Assembly: GCA_039028095.1 (NCBI GenBank)
Contig: JBCCIU010000008.1
Span: 32,246 to 56,245, forward strand
Length of the DNA: 24,000 nt
Direction of reading: 5' to 3'
Source: Pseudomonadota bacterium
GTDB taxonomy: Bacteria > Pseudomonadota > Gammaproteobacteria > Pseudomonadales > Azotimanducaceae
How positions within the stretch are numbered: position 1 is the stretch's first letter; every line of letters begins with the position of its first letter. Positions 16,671 through 24,000 of the stretch are shown here, one piece after another. A program made the position numbers and the translations under genes. The notes below the pieces were generated by a model. The model was not told the DNA's origin. It saw only the letters and a list, made by a program, of their open reading frames with translations, and ran no database searches.

Positions 16671-16701
16671 GGGGTGTTAATTCGACAGTCCAAAGAGTCG
16701 T
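16671..16701 (+). promoter_or_regulatory. Candidate ECF-dependent promoter of the module 1 receptor (GGGGTGTTAATT-N13-AGTCGT)
   Basis: The motif is shared with the module 2 spacer at the same geometry. It lies about 60 nt upstream of the receptor start. The spacing between the TGTYAA and TCRT blocks (16 nt) fits -35/-10 architecture. Confidence 0.35.
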
Positions 16702-16764
16702 AAGTATGAACACGGAAGTGATTCTTATTTCCATTCATACTCAATTCGTAGAAGGAACACCTCT

Positions 16765-19143
16765 TTGAAGACATCAACACGCCAACACACCTATCTGCGC
16801 TGGATTTTTTTATTGGTTTGCTTAACGGCAGCTCAAGGTGTCTGGTCGGAAGAGGGTCTGATTCGGCAGGTTGAAATTGATGCTGGCGCGCTGGAAGACT
16901 CGCTGCCACGCCTCGCACGCACCTTTGATATCGATATTTTGGTCTCCGGGGAACTGATTGCGGGTATCAAGTCACCCAAAGTTTCAGGCGTCATGACGGC
17001 TCGGCAGGCTATTCAATCACTTTTGGCGGGTACCCCACTGGTTTTTGAATCAAGTCGCCAAGGCGAGTTCCTCATTACCAAGCAGCCGTCAAAAAAAAAT
17101 GAAGCTGTCGTTAGCGGACCGCCAGGCGGAACAAATCCCAGCGGTATCGAAGAAATTCTCGTGAAAGGCGAACTAATCGACCGCTCTTTGCAGGATAGTC
17201 AGTCCAGTGTTGCCGTCTTTACCGGAGAGAGTCTCGATCGGCACCCCGGCTATGACCTATTTGACATTATCGATCGCACACCCGGCGCGAGTCTGTTTGG
17301 CAACGCCAGAGGATTTTCAATTCGTGGGGTTGCCGACGGCGGAGATGGCAATCGTACGGTGAATATCTCGGTAGATGGTGCAGTGCTGCCAACGAGTCGT
17401 TCGATCTACACGGGACCGATCAGCAGCTGGGATCTTGAGCAGGTTGAAATATTCAGAGGCCCGCAGTCGACCCAATCCGGATTGAATTCGCTCGCCGGTG
17501 CCATCAACATGCGAAGCAAAGATCCTACACTCAAGAGGGAACTAAAGCTTAGAGGTGATATCGGCTCCCACGGCGAACAAAGGCTCGCTTTCGCAGGTAA
17601 TCTGCCGCTCGGCGACCGTTTTGCGGTGCGACTCTCGGTTGAAGACTACGACAGTGACGGTGATATCGAAAACGCCACAACCGGAGTAGATATCGCACAA
17701 CGTTCCTTGGAAACCTATAGAGCCAAACTTCTGTACCAGCCCAACGATGCGCTTAGCATCGTTGTGAGCCAAACGAGGAACGAATCCCAACACGGTCGTC
17801 AAACTGTTTTGGCTGCAGCTTTCCCTGGAGATCGCATCGCCGAAGGCAATGACTCAGAGACTGGCGAAACAGACCTTTCAAACCTGAGCATCAGCTACAA
17901 ACCGAACGACTCGTGGACGGTGAACCTGGACAGTAGTTACGTTAAAACAGAATTCACTCAATTTGTGCCAGCCGATCCCAATTCACAGTTTCCAACAGAG
18001 GGTCTGAGGTTTCGAGAAGACAGCTCTCTGGACGTTGAACTGAATTTTGCGTTTGAACGAGACAATATGCGCGCCACCTTTGGCCTTTACGCCATAGAGT
18101 TGAACTTCAAGGAGGACTTCACCGCGCGATTTGACGCAGGGCTTTTGTTTCCGTTCCCGCTGCCACCCGGCACCATTGCAATTGCCGCGAACAGCGAGGA
18201 TTCAACCACTCGAAACTACGCCCTATTCGGAGAGGTTGAGTATGACCTCAACGAAAGATGGAGCATTGTTGCAGGCGCTCGATACGACGTTGAAGACGAG
18301 GATAACTTCGGCACAGCGTCAATCGAACTCGATCCACCAGTGTTTCCCTTTCCGCCTGGAGAACCTGAGAATCTGGACGCAGACTATGACGCGTTTATTC
18401 CGAAACTCGGGGTTATCTATAACTGGAGCGAGCACACGAGCACCAGTTTCACAATCCAGCAGGGCTATCGTGCGGGCGGCGCAGCTCAAGCTTTTGATGG
18501 CACCGTGTATGAATTTGATCCCGAGTTTACAGATAACTACGAGTTTGCTTTGCGTTCAACGCAATTGGATGGACGCCTTCGTTTCAACGCCAACGTCTTC
18601 TTTACCAACTGGAAAGACCAACAGGTATTTATGGAGGGTCCCTCAGGCACTTTCATTGACGGCCGAATCGAGAATTCCGGCAAATCTGAGCTCTATGGGT
18701 TCGAACTAGAAACGAATCTACAAGTCTCACAGGACAGCGAACTCTACTTAAACGTTGGTTACTCGAAAACCGAATACAAAAAGTTTGAAACAGAAATCGC
18801 CGGAACGCCCATTGATCTGACGGGAAACGAATTCGCTGACGCACCTCGCTGGACTGCCGCGGTAGGTGGCTATCATCACTTCGGCCGAGGTTGGATTCTG
18901 GAATTGGATGCAAACTTCACGGATCACACTTTCGCAACCGAACCAAACGATTCGGCTTTCAAATCAGACTCCTACGTTATCGTTAATGCAAAACTTGGGT
19001 ACGAATCAGACCGTTGGTCTGCGCATCTTTTTGCCAGAAACCTGTTCGACCGGGAATATGTGACCAGGGTATTTCCCACAGACAACGCTGTGGCAGTCGG
19101 CGATTCTCGAGTTGTGGGGTTTTCTCTGATTTACGACCTCTAG
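16765..19143 (+). CDS. TonB-dependent transducer (STN signalling domain + plug + barrel), module 1
   Basis: TTG start with signal peptide KTSTRQHTYLRWIFLLVCLTAAQGVWS. STN-like segment IDAGALEDSLPRLARTFDIDILVSGELIAGIKSPKVSGVMTARQAIQSLLAGTPL. Plug EEILVKGELIDRSLQDSQSSVAVFTGE..FSIRG..ISVDG..VEIFRGPQS, followed by a long barrel. Confidence 0.85.
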   Translation: MKTSTRQHTYLRWIFLLVCLTAAQGVWSEEGLIRQVEIDAGALEDSLPRLARTFDIDILVSGELIAGIKSPKVSGVMTARQAIQSLLAGTPLVFESSRQGEFLITKQPSKKNEAVVSGPPGGTNPSGIEEILVKGELIDRSLQDSQSSVAVFTGESLDRHPGYDLFDIIDRTPGASLFGNARGFSIRGVADGGDGNRTVNISVDGAVLPTSRSIYTGPISSWDLEQVEIFRGPQSTQSGLNSLAGAINMRSKDPTLKRELKLRGDIGSHGEQRLAFAGNLPLGDRFAVRLSVEDYDSDGDIENATTGVDIAQRSLETYRAKLLYQPNDALSIVVSQTRNESQHGRQTVLAAAFPGDRIAEGNDSETGETDLSNLSISYKPNDSWTVNLDSSYVKTEFTQFVPADPNSQFPTEGLRFREDSSLDVELNFAFERDNMRATFGLYAIELNFKEDFTARFDAGLLFPFPLPPGTIAIAANSEDSTTRNYALFGEVEYDLNERWSIVAGARYDVEDEDNFGTASIELDPPVFPFPPGEPENLDADYDAFIPKLGVIYNWSEHTSTSFTIQQGYRAGGAAQAFDGTVYEFDPEFTDNYEFALRSTQLDGRLRFNANVFFTNWKDQQVFMEGPSGTFIDGRIENSGKSELYGFELETNLQVSQDSELYLNVGYSKTEYKKFETEIAGTPIDLTGNEFADAPRWTAAVGGYHHFGRGWILELDANFTDHTFATEPNDSAFKSDSYVIVNAKLGYESDRWSAHLFARNLFDREYVTRVFPTDNAVAVGDSRVVGFSLIYDL

Positions 19144-19233
19144 TTAGCGAGCCTGAGGGCATTGTGAACCTGTTCTAATTGAAACTCCTTCGGAGTCATT
19201 CGCCCGAGAAAGCCCCGATTCAAAAGAGTAGTC

Positions 19234-21639
19234 TCATAAGTTAGCTCTTAGGGTCACTCCAATGACCCGTGAATCGCCCGCTTCATTCGAGTCAGCGTCC
19301 ACACGTCGACTAAACAGATATTGTTCGTCGAAAAGGTTTCGGGCGTACACGGCAACGGACCAGAAGCTTTTGGATTGGTAACCAAAACGCGCATTAACGA
19401 GCGTGAACGAGTCGCTGAGCTCTCCCGACAAATTCTGCACAGAGAAGAATGCCGATTCCGTGTAGTTAATGCTCAGATCAGCAAAAAAACCATTATCAAA
19501 AGTGATCTCAGCCCCAACAGCACCGGTCCATTCTGGCGCTCTAGGGAATCGATTACCTTCCAGATCAACGGGCTGATTGTTCTGGACAATGACGTAGTCA
19601 TCAAAGCGCGTGTTCGAATACCCGACGTTGGCATAGGCACTGAGGGTTTCACTAAACTGGTACTCGCTCTGAATTTCGGCGCCCCAAATTGTTGCCGCAC
19701 CGGCATTGTCGATCTGCGCATCGAAAAACTGGCCGCTTGGACCAGGTACTTGAACTTGCATATCCGTATAGTCGGTATAAAAGAAATTGGCGTTAAAAAG
19801 TCCCTTACCACTGGCAAACGTCGAACGCAGTGCAAGCTCAAGATTATTACTAAACTCCGGGTCAAATGAATATGGGTTGCCGATCAAATCGATTGCAGCT
19901 CCCCCGGCGCGATAAGCGCGCTGGCCAGTTAAGCTGACGCTCAATTCATCGTTAAATCTGTAGACCAATGACGCTTTGGGCAGAAAAGCGTTAAAATCTG
20001 ATTCCAGAGTTTCCAGCTCTCCACTGGCATTCAGGTTAAGCAGGTCGGGCGTGAATACAGAAAACTGGCTACTCGTAGACTCTTGTTCCTGACTATCCCA
20101 ACGAAAGCCCGCGGTCACGACCCAGCGCTCAGATAAATTAAACTCAATTTCACCAAAGATCGCATAGTTCTCTATGTCATCGTCGAGCGTGTTGCCGACT
20201 ACGGCAGAGATGGTTGGTAATCCTGGCGGCAGAGGAATGAAGCGGCTGATATCAGGAGTGGTCGCTGCGAAATCCGTGTCTCCCGATCTATCTAGATAAT
20301 AGACTCCCGTAGTACCGCGCAAATTGTCGTTGTCATAGAGCACCTTAATTTCTTGGCTTTTTGTGGTTTGATCAATGGTGCGCCGGGCGGGTGTTGAATC
20401 GGGATTTTCTTCGATAAGCGGAGCATCAAGCACATAATCGCTGAGCAAATAGGTGGATTCGCTTGTGACGCTCCAGTTTTCGTTGAATTGTAGATCTAGC
20501 CTCAAATTGTAGGAGTGGCTAATTCCACCCACGTTTCCAATCGAGTCCGAAACCCTTGTACTCGGAAATGCATCTCCATTTACACTCTGCTGCCCCTCTC
20601 GTGTATCGGAACGCGTATAGCTCAGTATGGCGTCGAAGCTACTGCTTGGTCGAAAACGAATTTTGCCTCTTAGCGTTTCTCGCGATTCTTTAGCTGAGTC
20701 CTCGCCCGTAAAACGGTTGGAGATATCTCCATCCGAGCGAAAGTCATCAAACGCAAACCGCACCGCAAACACATCCGAAACAGGCACGTTCACGGCGATG
20801 GCGCCGCGAGATTCATCGAACGATCCAAAATCGCCCCTGAGCTTCACCTCGAGATCATCGAATTGCGGATCCCGGGTGTTCAGAACGACTGCCCCGGCGA
20901 GGGAACTCGGGCCCTGCTGGTTCGATTGAGGGCCACGCAGTATTTCAACTTGCTCAACGTCCCACGTGCTGAATGGCGCCGTACTGACATTGGGTATAAC
21001 CGAACCATCTACCTGGATATTTACCGTAGGCGCGCTGCCCCCGCCAACGCCACGGGATGCTAACCCGCGAATGGTAAAGCCCCCTTGGCTGGTTACACCT
21101 GGAATTCGATCAATAACGTCGAACAGATCTTTGTCTACCGCATTGTCCAGAACCTCACCCGGGACGACAAAGACACTGGTTTGAGAGTCTTGCAGCGAGC
21201 GCGAGCGCAGCTCTCCTCGAACTACAATTTCCTCAACTACAATTGGGGTAGCGGTGCCTGGAGGCGAAGACGGTTTTTCCTGGCTGTCGGGATCAACTCT
21301 TTCAACAATGAAAGCTCCGGAAACCGACAAGCGAGCTGTGAGCCCCGAATCTCCGAGTACACGATCCAGCGCTTGGGAAATGGAGAGCATGCCACGGACC
21401 GCTGGGGCTTGCTTTCCGCTAACGGTCGCCTCCTCAGCTAGGACACTGACCCCAAAAGCGTCGGAAATCGCGACAAGCGCTTCGCCAAGCGGCTGCGCCA
21501 GAATATCAATGTGCTTCGTCTGCTCCAGCGCTGGTGGTTCCTGCGCAATTGCGATGTGCCCCCAAAACGGCAACGCCAATATCAGACTCACACACAGCGA
21601 GCGCCCGTTAGACCAGTGTTTTTTCTTATGCATACCCAC
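19234..21639 (-). CDS. TonB-dependent transducer (STN signalling domain + plug + barrel), module 2, paralogue of 16765..19143
   Basis: STN-like segment IDILAQPLGEALVAISDAFGVSVLAEEATVSGKQAPAVRGMLSISQALDRVLGDSGL. Plug EEIVVRGELRSRSLQDSQTSVFVVPGE..FTIRG..IQVDG..VEILRGPQS. The GTG start at 21639 has AGGAG 8 nt upstream; an alternative ATG lies at 21633. Confidence 0.85.
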   Translation of the reverse strand: MGMHKKKHWSNGRSLCVSLILALPFWGHIAIAQEPPALEQTKHIDILAQPLGEALVAISDAFGVSVLAEEATVSGKQAPAVRGMLSISQALDRVLGDSGLTARLSVSGAFIVERVDPDSQEKPSSPPGTATPIVVEEIVVRGELRSRSLQDSQTSVFVVPGEVLDNAVDKDLFDVIDRIPGVTSQGGFTIRGLASRGVGGGSAPTVNIQVDGSVIPNVSTAPFSTWDVEQVEILRGPQSNQQGPSSLAGAVVLNTRDPQFDDLEVKLRGDFGSFDESRGAIAVNVPVSDVFAVRFAFDDFRSDGDISNRFTGEDSAKESRETLRGKIRFRPSSSFDAILSYTRSDTREGQQSVNGDAFPSTRVSDSIGNVGGISHSYNLRLDLQFNENWSVTSESTYLLSDYVLDAPLIEENPDSTPARRTIDQTTKSQEIKVLYDNDNLRGTTGVYYLDRSGDTDFAATTPDISRFIPLPPGLPTISAVVGNTLDDDIENYAIFGEIEFNLSERWVVTAGFRWDSQEQESTSSQFSVFTPDLLNLNASGELETLESDFNAFLPKASLVYRFNDELSVSLTGQRAYRAGGAAIDLIGNPYSFDPEFSNNLELALRSTFASGKGLFNANFFYTDYTDMQVQVPGPSGQFFDAQIDNAGAATIWGAEIQSEYQFSETLSAYANVGYSNTRFDDYVIVQNNQPVDLEGNRFPRAPEWTGAVGAEITFDNGFFADLSINYTESAFFSVQNLSGELSDSFTLVNARFGYQSKSFWSVAVYARNLFDEQYLFSRRVDADSNEAGDSRVIGVTLRANL

Positions 21640-21697
21640 TCAAACGACTCCTATTCACTTATGGATGCGATTGGTTCTCAATCACACCTACAAACCA

Positions 21698-21728
21698 ATG
21701 ATTCGCGAGATGGGAAAATTGACACCCC
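21698..21728 (-). promoter_or_regulatory. Candidate ECF-dependent promoter of the module 2 receptor (GGGGTGTCAATT-N13-AATCAT on the minus strand)
   Basis: The reverse complement of 21698..21728 reads GGGGTGTCAATTTTCCCATCTCGCGAATCAT. It aligns with 16671..16701 at 12 leading positions (one Y difference) plus the A.TC.T block, about 60 nt upstream of the start at 21639. Confidence 0.35.
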
Positions 21729-21772
21729 AATTCAAAAAAAAATTGGGTTGGATCTGCTGGAAGTTGTAGTGA

Positions 21773-22831
21773 TCAGTCGCGGGAGCGCAGTACAACTTTA
21801 GTTGGATCTGTGCGATCGACCGTCACCGGCAACAATTCAGCAACTGAAAGCAACAGTTTTTCCACGTCATTACCAAGAAAAACACCGCGGATCTGTCGAT
21901 CTTGGAGATCAATCAGATTGGGCTCAATCTCTATGGGCACGGAGGAATATCGATTCGCATCAGCAACCACTTCAGCGAGCGAAGCTCCGCTGTACAACAA
22001 CCGCCCTTCGCGCCAAGCGGCCACCCTACCTGGATCAACAGTTGTAGGTTCATCCATTCCCTCTAGGGGTGTAGCGCTGATTGATTGCCCCGGCGAAAGT
22101 TTTTTTGTGCTGAACATCAACGTGGGCTGCCCGCTGATGATGAACGGGTGAGACACTTCCACTTGACCTTCAGCAACGGTAACCCGTTGAATACCGCCGC
22201 TACTGCGCACATCGAACGCCGTGCCAATGGCAGTTGCAATTAGCCGGTCCGCCGACACGGTGAAGGGTCGTTTAGGGTCTGGAGACACTTCAAAGAATGC
22301 CTCGCCTCGGACCAGTTCTATCCGACGTTGTGCCAGGTCGAAAGATACGCGTATCTCACTGGACGCCCCAAGCGTGACGATGCTTGAATCAGCGAGGTTC
22401 AGCCGCGCCACCTCACCCACGTTGCTCGAGTGAGAGACAGAAACCGCGAACTTCCCCAACTCTGCGGGAGCATCGATCCTTGCTGGCAATATCAAGAGCG
22501 CCGCTACTACCACCATAGCGGTGCTTGCAAGCGCTAACTTGGCACCAGTGTCCCCAAGGACTGCAGAGATGCCGTTAAACGCCTGATACATACGTTCGCG
22601 CACAGAAAGTTTGTGCAAGTCGGCATCGAAGGCCTCGCCCGGGAGTGTCTTGATTGCCTCGCGATAGGTCACAACGCGGTCATAGATGTCTGCGTGCAGC
22701 GGGCTTTCAGAATGCCAGGCTTCAAAGCGTTGCTGGTCTGTCACCGAGACATCAGGATTCTCTAGCACCACCATCCAATGATGGGCGGCCTTAAGGATAT
22801 CTTTTGTTTCCTGCTTAAGTTCTTGCGCCAT
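21773..22831 (-). CDS. FecR-family anti-sigma factor (module 2)
   Basis: I use the internal ATG at 22831 (MAQELKQETKDILKAAHHWMVVLENPDV..FEAWHSESPLHADIYDR). It is preceded by AGGAGGAA and lies 4 nt after the sigma stop. The track's 393-aa version overlaps the sigma gene and is an artefact. It has a TM segment LALASTAMVVVAALLIL and a FecR domain LADSSIVTLGASSEIRV..GEAFFEVSPDPKRPFTVSADRLIATAIGTAFDV. Confidence 0.85.
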   Translation of the reverse strand: MAQELKQETKDILKAAHHWMVVLENPDVSVTDQQRFEAWHSESPLHADIYDRVVTYREAIKTLPGEAFDADLHKLSVRERMYQAFNGISAVLGDTGAKLALASTAMVVVAALLILPARIDAPAELGKFAVSVSHSSNVGEVARLNLADSSIVTLGASSEIRVSFDLAQRRIELVRGEAFFEVSPDPKRPFTVSADRLIATAIGTAFDVRSSGGIQRVTVAEGQVEVSHPFIISGQPTLMFSTKKLSPGQSISATPLEGMDEPTTVDPGRVAAWREGRLLYSGASLAEVVADANRYSSVPIEIEPNLIDLQDRQIRGVFLGNDVEKLLLSVAELLPVTVDRTDPTKVVLRSRD

Positions 22832-22835
22832 CGGA

Positions 22836-23486
22836 TCATTCCTCCTGAAAGAACAGCAAGTTGATCTCATGATCAGCACGTGCAACATGCTTAGCGGCTC
22901 CAGAACGAGAAAGCCCCAAACGTCTACCAACCTCCTCCATCGACAATCCCTCAACTCGATAAAGCATAAACGCGCGACGTCGACGCACCGGCATGTTTCG
23001 TAAGCACGCGTTGATCGCGCTTAGCTGTTCCCTTGCACTAATGATGCGTTCAGGGCTCGAATTGTCACCTGCTGGAGAAAAGAAAAGCTGTTCAATCTCA
23101 AAGTCATACTTTGCTCGTACATCAGCCTTTCGTTTGGCGACCAACACAATGTTTCGGGCTGTGCGCCAAAGAAACGCACGAAGATTTCGGATCGAATCGA
23201 TGTCCCCGCGCTCATAGAGCTTGTGAAACGCTTCCTGTGCCACATCCTCGGGGTCAGGCGGGCCTGCGCCAAAGGTTCTACGAATGCCGTTTACCAGTTC
23301 TTTCGCGTAATCCTTATAGGCATTGGTCAGCGCATCATCGAAAACAGGCACCCCCGCAGAAGAGGCACTTTCCAACGAACGGGAATGGACGGATGAGGGA
23401 TCTTGGATTTTCTTTGGTTCAGGAGATTGTTGAGATGGTCGCTTGCTGCTCATTCCTGGATTTTTGCCGGGACTACCGACTTCCAT
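22836..23486 (-). CDS. ECF sigma-70 family factor, FecI-like (module 2)
   Basis: DPEDVAQEAFHKLYER..AFLWRTARNIVLVAKR and MPVRRRRAFMLYRVEGLSMEEVGRRLGLSRSGAAKHVARA parallel the module 1 sigma. The S/P/Q/K-rich N-terminal extension makes the start uncertain (ATG 23486 or 23453). Confidence 0.8.
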   Translation of the reverse strand: MEVGSPGKNPGMSSKRPSQQSPEPKKIQDPSSVHSRSLESASSAGVPVFDDALTNAYKDYAKELVNGIRRTFGAGPPDPEDVAQEAFHKLYERGDIDSIRNLRAFLWRTARNIVLVAKRKADVRAKYDFEIEQLFFSPAGDNSSPERIISAREQLSAINACLRNMPVRRRRAFMLYRVEGLSMEEVGRRLGLSRSGAAKHVARADHEINLLFFQEE

Positions 23487-23677
23487 AGATGCAAGCCGTG
23501 ATGATATGTCGTCAAGAATTCGATGGAAAGTACACGGGTAGCCAGCATGTTTACCGTTAGCTCACCACACCTGAAAAAAACTTCTTCGGTGAAGCGTCGC
23601 CAAGTTGAAACGCCCACGTTGCACTACCCCATTGCCGCAGCGTGATATCGGTCAAGACCCTGGGCTCAATTGGGTCT

Positions 23678-24000
23678 TCATAACTCGCGCCTTTGCAGCG
23701 CATTAACGTAGGGTGACATGTCCAGTTTTGGAAAGCGTGCTTGCGTGCCACGCACAGTCTCAGGTGTCCAGTAGTCATGACCAGGGGGTGGAAATCCCAA
23801 CAGTTCCCGCTCTTGCTCAGAGGAAGATTCAACCCAAGTATGATAGTCATCGCTTGCGGCCTGCCCCGGCCAGCTCACAATCCCTACCCATGGACAGTCT
23901 TTTGGCGAATAACTAACAAAATGGCCAACTCGACCAACATCACCCTTAAAGGCTGTCCCTCGGTGATAAGTAAGTGTGCTATAGGCCAATACGGAACCGG
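23678..24000 (-). CDS. Hypothetical protein, C-terminal part (5' end beyond the window edge)
   Basis: The frame of ORF 23678..23989 stays open to base 24000, and the track M at 23989 is a TTG. The residue composition is protein-like (..TYHRGTAFKGDVGRVGHFVSYSPKDCPWVGIVSWPG..), but I do not recognise a family. Confidence 0.4.
   Translation of the reverse strand, partial: GSVLAYSTLTYHRGTAFKGDVGRVGHFVSYSPKDCPWVGIVSWPGQAASDDYHTWVESSSEQERELLGFPPPGHDYWTPETVRGTQARFPKLDMSPYVNALQRREL

Noticed and set aside
19184-19196. Hairpin ACTCC-ttc-GGAGT between the convergent receptor genes as a bidirectional terminator
   Set aside because: The stem is only 5 bp and there is no U-tract on either strand. It is too weak to call, though it is the only structure in the 90-bp spacer.
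22832-22954. 41-codon N-terminal extension of the module 2 FecR ORF (the 393-aa version in the track)
   Set aside because: The extension overlaps the 3' end of the sigma gene and has improbable residues (MRDCRWRRLVDVW..). The ATG at 22831 has an AGGAGGAA SD, and from there the protein aligns with the module 1 FecR N-terminus.
23574-23595. T7 run preceded by a CTTC/GAAG stem on the minus strand, as a terminator of the edge gene
   Set aside because: The U-tract is good but the stem is only 4-5 bp. ORF 23557..23850, which reads through it, looks non-coding, so the region is probably just spacer.
1-24000. Searched for CRISPR repeats, tRNA/rRNA, IS elements, integrases, toxin-antitoxin pairs and known defence-system genes
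   Set aside because: None were seen. No periodic short repeats, no transposase or recombinase motifs, and no nuclease, ATPase or helicase signatures were found in any credible ORF.

Overview
This is a densely coding, chromosomal-looking 24 kb segment. I saw no transposase, integrase, CRISPR array, tRNA or rRNA, and no recognisable phage or defence genes. Gene content suggests a marine-type Gammaproteobacterium, but that is inference only. All family calls come from reading motifs by eye, since no searches were run.

Content from left to right:
(1) The 3' part of a TonB-dependent receptor, whose canonical C-terminal strand sits out of frame.
(2) A wHTH-BTAD-TolB_N-like-TPR regulator.
(3) A tightly coupled minus-strand operon: mini-LuxR HTH, double hot-dog protein, LolA-like lipoprotein-sorting protein, outer-membrane (OM) beta-barrel and MMPL/RND exporter. 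Two overlapping paralogous LuxR solos with non-canonical ligand pockets lie just upstream. This is the most interesting candidate system in the window.
(4) A TetR regulator with a perfect palindrome at its start, followed by a PF17784-like sulfotransferase.
(5) A K+ channel with two RCK domains.
(6) A membrane-anchored Cys-type iodothyronine-deiodinase-like thioredoxin-fold protein.
(7) Two complete cell-surface-signalling modules (ECF sigma, FecR anti-sigma, STN-domain TonB-dependent transducer). They are arranged as a mirror image around convergent receptor genes and share a conserved motif in both fecR-receptor spacers.
(8) The 3' end of an unidentified gene that runs off the right edge.
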